64,000 bases of DNA from Paraspadella gotoi (taxonomy: Eukaryota > Animalia > Chaetognatha): contig CM119264.1 in assembly GCA_051294375.1 (NCBI GenBank), positions 24,096,002 through 24,160,001 on the forward strand, written 5' to 3'. The notes under the pieces were generated by a model that worked only from the letters and a program-made list of their open reading frames with translations, was not told where the DNA came from and ran no database searches. Positions 1 to 12,197 of this stretch are shown here, in pieces. The position numbers and the translations under genes were made by a program. The stretch's first letter is position 1, and every line of letters starts with the position of its first letter.

Positions 1-285
<285 letters not shown>

Positions 286-1006
286 TTATGTTCTTTAGAA
301 AATGTGAAATTCGGGTGTGCGAGTCATTAAACATGGACAACAAATCATAGTTATGTATGTACTTAAAAACAATCTACCATTCAAAAACGTTTGTAGATTT
401 TAACACTAAAAAAAATTTCTTAGCCAAAACTTACGTACACGTTTTATGTAGAAATATCATATCATTCGGTTCAATTTTTCTCTGACAGTGAGGCGGAAAA
501 GATGGAGTGGAATATTACACTTTTTAAATGGGTTTTTTTTCTTTCATTTTTAGTACCATTTAAAATAAATTTTATTTGAGAAGTAGTAATGACATTTATA
601 TCAGGGCTCTCTTTTGGCACCATTATTAATATAAATTACTTAAATTATTATAGCAAAGCCGAGCCATGAACTCCGACCTTCTTAATCAGAAATAAAGAGA
701 AATTTAGCTTCCGAAGTTTAAATTCATCCTTCTTCAATCATTACGAAGGCAAAACATAATTGAACAGTATGAAATTTATACAGAAAAAACGTGAATGTTT
801 TAGCCATTTAAAAATCTCTACGCGTTTTCGATTGGCAAATTCTTTTTAGCGGTGGGTTTTAAATTGTCACCATGTACATCGTACGCGCTAATAAATTAAA
901 GTGCGAGGACAAAATAAAATTCAAGAATTTTATATTTTTTGGCAAACGATTGATTTGAAAATGGGAATAACGATGAATTGCAAACAATGTCACATAACAT
1001 GATGGC

Positions 1007-2792
1007 TTAAGAGGCGTCGCCGTTGTCGCTGACTCCACCGCTGCCGCTAACTGCGTCACCAACGGGAAGTGAACTAGTGAGTCGCGCGAGTTGCTCATCA
1101 AAGGATCGCATTTGCTCTGCGGTGTCGCAAGATTCACTAGAAATCAAAATAAATTTTAACAAAGCAATACTATTGTCACTTGTGAAAACTAAAGTTTACG
1201 GTCAACTATCAGTCCATCCATTTCACCTTCCATCGCGCGGGTCGCCGATTCCGGTATGCAACTGATTCAAGGCGGCGGCAAGATTTGCCATCTCCCGCTG
1301 CAGCGTAGCGGCGGCGTCTCGCTGCGCGGCCTCCAACTCAAGCGCCTCTCGCCGCAGCTCGGCGAATTCCGTCTTGATCGTTTGGAGACTTTCCGCCATG
1401 CGAACGGGGTTAGGAGGCGTGCCGCTCTGGAAAATAAATCGTGTATATAGACTGACTGACTTTCCCTGTTTACCATTCAACCAAATCATCTTTCGTCATA
1501 AACCAACTCCGATCTCATGAAATTGGTATACGTGGCGTATCATAAATTCGTCTCCCGTATAGCTTAGTGAAACTCAGCATGTCCTTTTGGCTTGGACAGC
1601 TAAGCACTCGTTCACCCACCGTGAGTTCCGGGTTCAATCCCCTCAGGGTCACGATGGTAAAGTGTGATGGTGGCGGCATAAACACACCAGTGACACTGAG
1701 CGCCAGCTGTCGGGGAGATGCCTCACACCCCGGGCATCATACATGTCTCCCCGTTGTCATATATAGTCAATATAAAATCATCCATTCATTCACTAAATAT
1801 TAAATAAGCCACCTTGTCGTCCTTGCCCCTGGCTTTGGACATTAAGACCTCCATCCCGTTTACAAGATAGCAGGACCCTGCAAGCTTTTAATCAATCTAC
1901 TTTATTCACCCTTTGTCTTACCTATTAAGGAAATGATACAATGTTTTAAAAAAGTTTCAAATGTATAAAAAGACCACCCCCTTTAGTAGAGCCAAACTTC
2001 GTCAATGGGGTGGGTCAGAAGTTTGATTTGGGAACCTTTCCAAATGAAACTTCATACATTTCTGAGAAAACTTTCAATGGAGCAAAATTTTCTAAAATGG
2101 CAAGAAGCATTAGTAATTAATTTTTTAATATTTATTTATAGATAGGAAATGCCAAAAATTTTTTTTAGAATTTTTTATTTTTAAAAGCAGATTCAAATAG
2201 CTTATGAAAAGTTATCTACACAAAGTATAATTCTTTTTTCAATATTTTGATGATAAGTGGGTTAAAATTGAGAAAAACCTTAAAAAATCATCATCATCAT
2301 CATCATCATCCGATGATTTTAGCAGTTTTTACTAATTTTTAGTAATAAAACATCAAAATTTTAAAAAGTTGTAATTATATTTTTTGCTTAACTTTTTAAG
2401 CTCTATCAGAATCAATTAAAAAAACTTAAAATATCCAAAAAAAATTTTTAACATTATATAGCAATATAATAATATTAATTAGCGAATTACTCATGGTTCG
2501 GAACATTTTTGCAAAAAAATATTTTAACACAATAATTAATACCAATAATGAATTAGTTTAATGCTGTTCCCATTAAAATTTGAATTTGGTCGGCTACCGC
2601 TACCTTTAGTAGTCTTTTATTATTTAGCCGAAACTTTTCTCAGCTACGCTCATACAACGACCCTCGTCTTCTTTCCACCTTCTCGTCTTCGGTGATCCTC
2701 CCATATTCGTCGTCCAACTTTCTCAGGGCGAAGTTGAGATCCGATTCCGTCTTTTTAAACATGGCTTCCACCGTCGCGATCTTTGACTCCAT
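1007..2792 (-). CDS. SKA2: Spindle and kinetochore-associated protein 2 (SKA2)-like; exons ~2792-2679, ~1427-1228, 1136-1007
   Basis: MESKIATVEAMFKKTESDLNF...NPVRMAESLQTIKTEF matches the SKA2 pattern (LELMFQKAESDLDY...NPVTLLKELSVIK). GT-AG splice sites give an open frame ending ...DNGDAS*. Confidence 0.82.
1552..1760 (+). mobile_element. tRNA-derived SINE-like dispersed repeat (second, internally deleted copy at ~27233-27360)
   Basis: A-box-like TAGCTTAGTG and B-box-like GGTTCAATCCC. The segments gtatagctt..gtgaaactcagc..ggcttggacagctaa..ctcgttcacc and gcctcacacc..ggcatca.acatgtctcc recur at 27233-27360. Confidence 0.6.
1775..1895. repeat. Dispersed repeat family (core 'cttgcccctg.ctttggaca..cttaa'); further copies at ~32100-32210, ~32295-32515, ~40300-40365, ~43700-43880
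   Basis: The same motif occurs in both orientations at five intronic sites, e.g. ccttaaaccaccaaagcctgtccaaagtca.gggc.agatagctta and its reverse complement at 43760-43800. Confidence 0.7.
2130..2450. repeat. AT-rich dispersed repeat; inverted copy at ~15220-15600
   Basis: cagattca..aaaagttatctacacaaagtataattctttt and the (cat)n segment are reverse-complemented at 15385-15530 (aaaagaattatactttgtgtagacaacttttt..tgaatctg). Confidence 0.6.
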
Positions 2793-4325
2793 TATTCCAA
2801 TTTTCTTTATGTCTCTTGATGACCAACTACTTTTCAAGTCATTGGTAAAAGTCCGCAAACTTTCGCACAACTAAAATTACGACGGTTCCGCTGTCGATTT
2901 CTATGAAAGTTACAGGATTACTTGTTTTACAATATCTTTAAAGAAAATTTTTTTAAATATGAGAAAACATAGTTAAGATTTCATGAAAGTAATAATTTCT
3001 GATAAAGAAAAAACATTTATAACTTAGTACAATATATTTTAAGATTGTAATAATAACATATATTGTAATATAATTTACTTTTAGCATATTTGTGAATATT
3101 TTCGGGGTGAGGGAGGTTATATAGAGGTAGGAAGTCACTTATTGAAAATCAAAATATCTAAAAATCTAAAAAGAAAGGAGGTGGAAAGTACATTTGTTTT
3201 GGGATCAAAGTAAGATATGATAGTTGGCTGTCCTAAGCGAAAAAAAAAGACTACTAGGTAAAATCGTGTTAGCTATGTAATAACATTAATTTGGGTGCTG
3301 TAATAAATTATTTTTTAAAAATAAAAAAGACAGCAATTTCAATACGAAGTCAAATTCGAAAATGCAGAAGTTGAGATGATGTAATACCTCACAAGATAAA
3401 CAAAAGGAAATAGAAAAGGTAGACATTAGGTATTTAACATTTTATATTTAACTCCAACGATTTTCTCTCAAGTGCCGCGTGAATTGTTGTTACTGTCTCC
3501 ATAGGACCGTCTCCCACTTTATGTCCACGAGCGGCGTTTACCCACCAACGGGCGGCGACATCGATGTCCCTGACTCGCAGAAATAGCCTCCGATTGGTTG
3601 GTTCCAGATCGAGCGAGAGTGAGAGCGAGACGATTGAGACTTAAAGCGGGCGCAAAATTACAAAAGGTAGAAAAAAGCATTAGATGTAAAGTTGACAGTC
3701 GACAAGGGTAGTGCGCATGAAAAAAAGTATTGTTAAATCTTTTTTATTAAAACTTTTCCCATAGTTTAACCTGAAAAAAGGGCAAACTTTCAAAAATTCA
3801 TACATTAGCTTAGGAAGAAATTCAGAAATGAATAAAATTTCGAATCAAATTTTTCGATCGAAATCAAAAATTTTTTTCAAGTTTAATTAAACTTCTAGTA
3901 AAATATTTGGATACATATTACTACTAGGTTACGGTTTACTTCTTTCAAATCAAAATCGTAAGCTTCATGCGTCGGTTTATGAAATTGGTATAACCAATAT
4001 AATGGTAGAATAATTCGAAATATAAAAAAATATTGAATACTCAAAAATGCTTTCGTAGGCTAAGTAAAGTAAGTGAACAAAATTGCACTCGGATATTTTG
4101 AAAAAAGGTTGACAAAGACTAATAGTAATAAAGTTATAAACATCACAGAAGACAATCGCGAAGTCGCGTCGCGTCGGGGGGAAAAACGCAAAAAACAAAA
4201 CTACGTCCGAAAATCAAGTGGCTAACTGCGGTTTAGAAACTAGAGCTGAGTACGAATTAGAAACGATAAGAGAGAGGGAGAAATATAGCGATTTTATAGA
4301 TGAAGAGTAAGAACGAAAGAGCTAA

Positions 4326-7300
4326 TCAAAGTTTGAACGGCACGGATACCCGATAACACCCGTTATGCGTCCGGACAGCGTCGGAATCTGATCCCGTGGC
4401 AGACTCTGGGCGATTTCGCCGAAAGTAATGTGCTGTGCGAGATTCATCTTCAACGTCGGAGCATGTGGCCAACGCCGAATCTGGCCGTCGGTCTCGCATA
4501 GCGACGCTGATCGCTGGATTGACGGCAGGCTGGAGCTCGGCTAGGTAAAACTCAGTAGGGGAGACGGGGGTAAAATCTCCTGTTAACAGACGCGCTCTTC
4601 TGCCATCATCATGAGATGAACGTAATGCGGGAGACGGACCTTCCTCGTAGCACTCCTCCTCCGCGGCAAAGTCTTCGGCGACGACTCCGCTGTCGTCCGT
4701 CGACTTGGCGAGAATAGTCTTCACCTCTCTGACGTCATCTTCGTCGATTAGGACGACGTCGTTATCTCCGACCAGATCCACCTCTTGAACGCCGTCGTCC
4801 GGAGAAGCATCGACAACAAGGTCACTGCGGCGCTCTTCCCGCGCCAAGGCCATTCCGAGAGGCTCCACTACCTCGAAAGAGCCGGCCCCATCCCGCAGAA
4901 ACGCGAGCTGGCTTCGAGCGGTCGTCGCGCAGCTGTGGCTATGAACGGTTTCCCTCGCTTCGTTATCTTCCTCGTCTGTCTCCATCTCTATTTCGACGGT
5001 TTCTGCGATGACGTCATCCGAGACTCCGAAATTGTCTTTGAGGCAAATTAAAAATTTTTTTTAGATACTGTAAAGTAGTAACAGAAACTACAGTCGATTG
5101 TCTTTACCTTGCGAACGGAATTCGTGCGTGATGTCCGCGGTGACTGCTACGTTGGAAGAGCCGACGTCGGTGCCCGTTGCGGGGTCGGCTTCGCCCTGGC
5201 AAAAGATATCTTGGTCGCCGGGGAGGATGGGACTGCAAGAGGGAGACCGGAGACGGGGAGCCCGCCCACACATCTCCTCGGCCGCTATTCCTTCGTCGTT
5301 GTCACAACCTTCTCCTTTCAGGCTTCCACGATTGCAATGCGAATCCCCTTCGCCGTCCGAGATTTCGTCCGAATGGTACATCGAATCATCGTCCGAGCTA
5401 AAGAGGAGAGTGGGGGAATTAATTCAGAATCAAGTTGAACAGAGAAAATGATATCACAAAACCTTCCATAAGAAAAAACGACAGTCTCTCCCCACCCCAA
5501 CCATTTTCGCCTGTGTTGCGGGTTCGTGGCCCCGTGCGTTCCCTCGGGCGTTCCTTCCGGCGTCGAAGTGTCTGGCATCGAGCGTCGAACGAGACTCGTC
5601 TCCACTCGACGGTTCTTGTCGCGATCGTGAATTCGAAGCAATTCGCGATGACAGGCGATCAAATCCGTTTCGCTTGAGGAAAAATGGAATGATCACCAAA
5701 GCAGATGATGGAAGCCATTTGAAATAGAAAATTACCTGAAGTTCTTGATAGCTTGCAAAGATTGAGGAAACGCCGGTACCATGTCAAGGCAAGCCCGGGA
5801 GGCGGAGACGGTGGCTGCGGCGACGGTGGAGGGCGTGTAGTCGTGAAAATTGTGGAACTGGAGACACACGGACATGAAATAGCGGGCGTAGTTTCGCAGC
5901 GCGTCGAACTGGCGGCGCCAAGCGACCACAGAGCCATCGCCGTTTAAAATAACGGCGTCCTGATCACGCTCTGGACACCCCAGATTTACGTAGAAGTTGA
6001 TAAAGTGGGCGGGGGTAACGAGCCCCACCTCCCAATCGAAGAACTTGAGCAACATCAACTCCATCTGCAGGAAGTCGGCGGGAGCATAGGCACCGCCGCA
6101 GTACTCGCTTTGAGGACGTTGGCAGGGATAGGAGAAGTATTTTAATAGACAGAAGTCTATGATTTACACTTAATATCACGCTATACGAAAAATAATAAAA
6201 GGTAGTTTTTAGTTTATAAAATGAGTAAAACCAATACAAACAACAACAACACGCAACCTCGGTTGAAATTGACTTTATTAACCTTACCCCTGATTGCTTG
6301 CCCTCTCTTTATGGTCAACGTTGACCTTGTAAATAAATACCCATTGTTATAGACTTAGCATCTGAGCCTTTTGACTTATCGTTTTTAACCATATTGAAGA
6401 ATAAACCATTCTTAATCTGAAAATTGTTGAGTCCACACCAGGTTATTATAAAAATTAATCAAATCAGTCCGGTGTAGTATTTCGCAACTTAATTTGACAA
6501 TCTATAAATCGATCACCCCGAACAGTACAGTAAAAATTATACTATGCTAATAAAATTAAACTATATATACTTATATGAACTATTTACTAACTACTTAGAA
6601 CATAAAAACGAAAATGAGCATTAAAAATAATTTCGTTTCCGAACTTCACTGAGGTGAATGTATTTCGACAAAGCAGAAGTGAGAAACTACCTCAATATGA
6701 TCTGTTTGGGGATGTCCTCCTCTTTTTCTTCAAACTTGGTGGCGACCGAGAGACATCCCATTGCAAGCAGATTTAATTGACTCCTTGATACATCAAAATT
6801 GTCCATGAAGTGATCAAGGAGGTAGACCGAGAGGTGTAAGCTAAGAGTGAGGAAAGACAAATATTAAAAGCATAAGGATAGTCGCAATCGCATAAAAAAA
6901 AAAAATTTGACCCATACCAAACTTTCCTCCCCACACACAAAATTTTATTCCAATCCATCCATCTAATCACGAGTAATTTGAGTTTTTTGCCGGGACGGAC
7001 GGACAGACGGACTTTTTTTTTTTGCTTAATATATCATACTTTGATGTTCTGACATGATTTAAGTTAATGCCCGACAAAATTGAGGGGGCAGACCGAAGTA
7101 AATTATATAGTCGGAATCTGCGATAAACAGATCCGACTAAAAAGCAGTGAATAACTTAATAAAATTCTCAGCACCATCGCATAAGGACAATATATCATTG
7201 ACCTTTTATCCTCTCCCGTAATAGCTACCTGGTAAGTCCGAGTTTGTGTCTTTCTGCTATAGATGTTATCCAGTCTACAAGCTGGCGTCGGTAAGTGAGT

Positions 7301-8223
7301 TGAGGGGATCGGGCTAATGAACGAACAAAGGGAGAGGTCGACGTTTAAAAGTAACAAAACAATTTCAATGTGCCGCGTCGAAATGACTAATGTGTGCAGT
7401 ATGCACACTTTCTAGATAACGAGATTACTTAAGTGTGTAACATGTGCATAATGACTAATTTGATCATTTATTTATAAAGTGTTAACTAATTCGACCAAAT
7501 ATTAAACTATTAATGAAATCACGTGACCGCATTTCTACTTAGTGTTGTCACGACACGACACTGTCGTGACTAAACTGACAAATATAAAATTTAAAATTTT
7601 ATAGGGTGAAGTGAAAGTTTGGAATCAAAATTTAGCAGTTAAATATAGTAGCTCAGTAAGCTTATTTTGTATATAGTACTACCCTTATATAATATTAAAA
7701 TTTTAAAATATTTTTTTTAAATTCAGATTTTTTGCAAGGAATACAAATCCGATCATAAAATTTAAAAATTTGCATTTTTAAACTTTAGCTTATTGTATAC
7801 TTTTTACTATATATAAATATAGTTCACTGGTGCAGAGGAACGGGGCGCTTAACCCGCCTGTAACATGGTGTTACAGCCTGATCCGAAGCTCAGGACTGCT
7901 TGCTTATATTGAACGGTCCTGTGATTAACTCATAACAATAATTACTGTCTCTTAAATCTCGTCTAAGAATTTTTTGAAATTATGCTTAATAAAACGTAAA
8001 AAAAATTATTTTAGGCTCATGTGATCATATTTTTAGGAGATCCGGTGACTGAAAAAATCTGCACATTAGGCATATCATGATTCAATCTTCCATGCACGTA
8101 TACACTTACACTTATACATTTATCACCTTGATAATTCCTTTTCCCTTTGATCTCGCGTTGAACAAGACAGGTGTGAACATCGGCGGCGGCATCGCTGCAC
8201 CACCAATTGCTCACCAACTCCAT
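4326..8223 (-). CDS. CCNJ: Cyclin J-like protein with long acidic, disordered C-terminal extension; ~7 exons
   Basis: Exons encode [49 protein letters not shown]...[16 protein letters not shown] and [21 protein letters not shown], all cyclin J-type cyclin-box motifs. Acidic exons follow to the stop at 4326. Confidence 0.9.
7833..7918 (+). repeat. 3' body fragment of the SINE-like element at 29150-29312
   Basis: cgcttaacccgcctgtaaca..agcctgatccgaagctcagg.actgctt..tattgaacg is the reverse complement of 29150-29230. Confidence 0.7.
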
Positions 8224-9037
8224 CTGGTTTATGGAAACTTTCGATTTGTATAAATCTAATGATAATTTATATCAATTTTCGGGAATAGGGCAGAGTATTC
8301 GATCTAAGGTAAGAAAAGTCTAATTTGAAGAACGAACTATCGAACTCTCGTTTTTTTTCTACTGTGACTTAGTCGGCGGAAGATTTAAATTTACGAAAAT
8401 GAGAATGCTTACTCTAGTTTATATCATTTACTTAAAGATAATCATAAAAAACCTGAAATAACAAAAAAACATGCGGTCTATATTGCCAAAAAATGGTTGA
8501 AAATGAATAGAAACGATGAAAATCAAATAGGTGGTTACGCACTCGTCTCCACCGAAAAGGTAAAAAGAGAATTAGATAAATGTCACGGGGAGCGCAAAAA
8601 CGAAAACAAGCGAAAAATTTATTTGCAGAAATTTGTATAAGCCGTAAAATTCAAATCACAGAAAATGTAAAAGGACGTAGAAAATTTTTTATTGCCTCTG
8701 AATTGCTTTTTTTTAAGTCTAAAAAGTTTGATTAGCCAAAGGAAAAATTCTCTAAAAGTGCGACAGAAGACAGTTACCAAAATATTAACAAAGAACGAGT
8801 ATTTTTTCGAAAAGATTGTTTACTACGTATAAAGATTAAAGATTTTACTCTTTACAGTTCAACCAAATTGGTTGTATTGATTTTTGTCACATTCAACAGA
8901 AAAAAAAGTGATGCAAAAAATCGATTTTCATCAGGTTTTTCGTTTTCGATTTCTCGCGGGACCCCCAAATAGTGGCGATATAAAATATTTCTAAAAATTC
9001 TGGAAATCAAATAAGCTCTCGCCTCTCTAGTAACTTG

Positions 9038-12000
9038 TCACAGTATTAGGCATTTTCCGCTGAAGCAGTCATTGTCCCGGACGACCAATTCCTTGACGTC
9101 GGCGTCGCCGCCGTAGAGAGCGAAGAGGACACGGAAGGCCGCTTCCAACTCCAACTTCAGCTTCCAGTTTTTCGGTGGGAGGAGTCGTTTGACGCCGCTT
9201 AGATCGGAGAAGGCGTCGGCAGCTTCAGCGGTGTCTCCACTGGAGCCCTCGCCTTTTTCGCCATTGAATCCAAAGGTAACCAAAAACTTGACGCTGAAAT
9301 TCTCTCTAGGGGAAGATGAAAAAAAAATCAAGCGGCTTTAATATTGATATTTTTTACATTGAAGTCGAAATTCGCAACTAGTTTTCATATTTACGTACGT
9401 TGTACCAACAAAGTATATATAAAATTGTGATTATCATGGTTAATGGTTAGACAATATTTACCTTCTCTTGTTTTCATTGACAAGCTATTTTATCAGTTAA
9501 CGAATAATACCTGGCGAAAAGAGCCTTGACATTCTTTTCCTTCGTGTCGACGGGCTGATTCTTAAGTGCTGTTTGAATAACGAAGACAAGGGGGGCGGCG
9601 AATTCGGAAGTGACACCCTCTAGCGCCAAAAGTTGCTCGTCGGCCATCTCGTCCATCGCCTGAAAGAGGCTCCAGACTGCGCCGAAGGAGGGAGACTTGG
9701 CGACGGGAAATCGGACGAGGGACTCGTCGAACCGGAATTCGGCCAGGCGGAGCAAAATGCGCCAGCCGTTGTCGTCGGGCGACAATTGCAAGTGGTCCTA
9801 AAAAAGAAGAAAAATAAACATCAGGCAAAATTTTGCAATGTCCACCGTCTAATTGTACCTCTAAATCCTTGAGGTCGACTGTCTCGTCGTTGGCGCCACG
9901 TTGCAAAGCATAGTGGGCATGGCGCATGGTCGACAAAAGTTTTGGAATGCACGCAGGATGCGAGGATATCTGTCAAATAAACATTCTAATATATAACTGA
10001 TCAAAATATACATCTTGCTAAATAAATGAATATCGCATTTCATTTCCACCTGTAGCACGGCGTGATGGAAGTCCTTTTTCTCGGATCCCTCAAGAGCGAT
10101 GAGCGGACTAAAGAGTTCCGCTGGGGGCGTGTCGAGGCTCATCGAGGCTTTGGACTCTTCCTTCGAGTCCTCCAAAGAAACAAAGCGACCCTCCTCTCCG
10201 TCGAGAAGCACAAGTTTCACGCCACCGTCGGGATAGACCAACAGTTCACGTACAGAGTAAGCAATCGCAGTGCCTGAAAAACGGAGAATAATTTAGTATT
10301 TGTACATTGCCAAAATGTAATGATTTTTCTCTCCTTCTCTCTCTCTCTTTCACCATTTCAAATTTACTCAATCTCTCTCCTTCCCTGCCCTTACCTTCAC
10401 CTGCCCTCACATCTGACCCCTATCCTTCTCTCAAATCTTTGTTGGAAACTCTCTCTCTCTCACAAACTTAATGTTTGAAAGATTTGAAAGCTTATTGATA
10501 CAAATGCTGATGAAGACTCGAACTTTAATGAGTCGAAACATGTCCGATTTTAAAAACAAAATCATTCTTGATTAGTCATACATTGATACGATGATAGTCA
10601 TTCATTGATGCGATGAAGTAATTCATAGTAAATAAAAACAAACAAATGCGTGTATGAGTGAGAGAGAGAGAGGGAAAGAAAAAAAAAAATAAGAGAAGCT
10701 GGACAAACCGCTGCAGAGCGAACTCGTTTTTAGACGAATCAGACGAAGCTGCGACGGAAAAAAAGAGAGAGAGCGCGACATATAATTAAAATAGAGAGAA
10801 AAAGAAAAAACTGGACAGCCGCTGCAGAGCTGAACTGGTCTATATACATAAAAATGAGTGAAGTGTAGCGGTAGTATTTCATACCCCGCTACTCGTCCGA
10901 GAATCAGCAGCACCTATGGCGCCGGAGGTAGCAAGAGCTCCTCCCAACCCAAAGGACTCGGGTAACATAACGGGAAACAAAACAATTTTAAACAAAATTT
11001 TCTATATTAAATTAATGTTCTTTAGTACATGAACAACTATTCGAATTTTAATCTGCAACTTTCACTACGCCTTAATGATTACTACTTACAACGCACTTTC
11101 CCCATACCTTTCGGCAAGGTTATCTTATTTGTGGAAGCATCGTCAATGTTCCCCTCGGGATGAACGACGGGCGGGACGTCAACGGCCGCATTGCCGCCCG
11201 CCTCCTTGTGCGAGGAGAGTACGGCGTCCTTGGTGACGACGGCGGAGGCGAGGACGACGCATAGGCACTTGCGGCAATCCCGCCGAGTCTCCTCCACTAG
11301 GTCGTGACTAAGGTTAATGTGTCGAGCCTGAAGTATAAATCAACAGGTACATCAATAGGGAATTCTGGCAAAACGTCATCAATAATGACTGATTAAGGCC
11401 AGTTGTTATTATCAGACGTCCCTAGTAGGTCCCGGGATTGGTGACATCTTATACATTAAGTACGTACGTAACAGGTGGAGACCAATAGTTTAATATGATA
11501 ACAAAAGACAAAAAACTTTCATGGAATAACCTTGAGACGTACTTTATTACCTAAGCATAATCGAAAACCACTACTACACTCATATTCCCCTCAGCACCTG
11601 CAGGGCGTCGGATATGTCGTCCTCCTCGCTTTCCACCTTGTCCACTTTACCCAAATCCGCCTCAACCTCGACGAGGTCGTTGCCGGAGACTTCGACGTCC
11701 ACGAGCTCCTTGGCGATTTTGACTCCGAGTCGCCCCGAGGCCGAGAACTTGGAGCTTCGGGAATACGCCAGCAGCTCGTGGCTGGAAGTCTTCACACCGA
11801 GATCTTTTAACAAGAAAATAACGAATGAAAGTAGTCGGCGTGTCTGCATCATAAGTTGGTTAACAGGAAGTCATCACGACTTTTAAAGCTTTACAGACTC
11901 GGTATCGTGATGTTGAGGTACTTTTTGTGACAAGTATTAAGTTTGTAAGTCTGTTAAATTTTAACTGTAGAACTACAAATTCTCTCCCCTTCACTCACCT

Positions 12001-12197
12001 TTTTCAGGCTCGGCGAGTATCTCCTGCAAAGAAAAGCTGGTAGGCTGGTATTTGGGCGTCTGCCAGACCCAATAGGGTTTTTTCTTGACGACAACGTGAA
12101 GCGGAAGACAATTGTCGGCCGTATCGATGGAGGAAATGGGGAGGAGAGTCTCGCTGCCGATGGCTTTGACGAAAGATTCGGACGCCGCTTCGAACAT
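9038..12197 (-). CDS. Gasdermin (GSDME/pejvakin-type invertebrate gasdermin), ~504 aa; exons 12197-11999, 11803-11598, 11327-11108, 10273-10050, 9969-9859, 9797-9511, 9305-9038
   Basis: The N-terminus MFEAASESFVKAIG...LPLHVVVKKKPYWVWQTPKYQPTSFSLQEIL and ITLPKGTAIAYSVREL are typical of the gasdermin pore-forming domain. All six introns are GT-AG with compatible phases. The exons sum to 1515 nt with an uninterrupted frame. Confidence 0.92.
10501..10550 (+). ncRNA. Minimal type I hammerhead ribozyme motif (Penelope-like), possibly degenerate, in gasdermin intron 3 (antisense to the gene)
   Basis: CTGATGA-A-GACTC-loop-GAGTC-GAAA-CATGTC: both core boxes, a 5-bp stem II, palindromic ACATGT stem III and a GUC site. 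Stem I is imperfect. Confidence 0.6.

Noticed and set aside
3520-3665. CCAAT-like and E2F-like motifs upstream of SKA2
   Set aside because: Plausible cell-cycle promoter, but the motifs are short and there is no TSS evidence.
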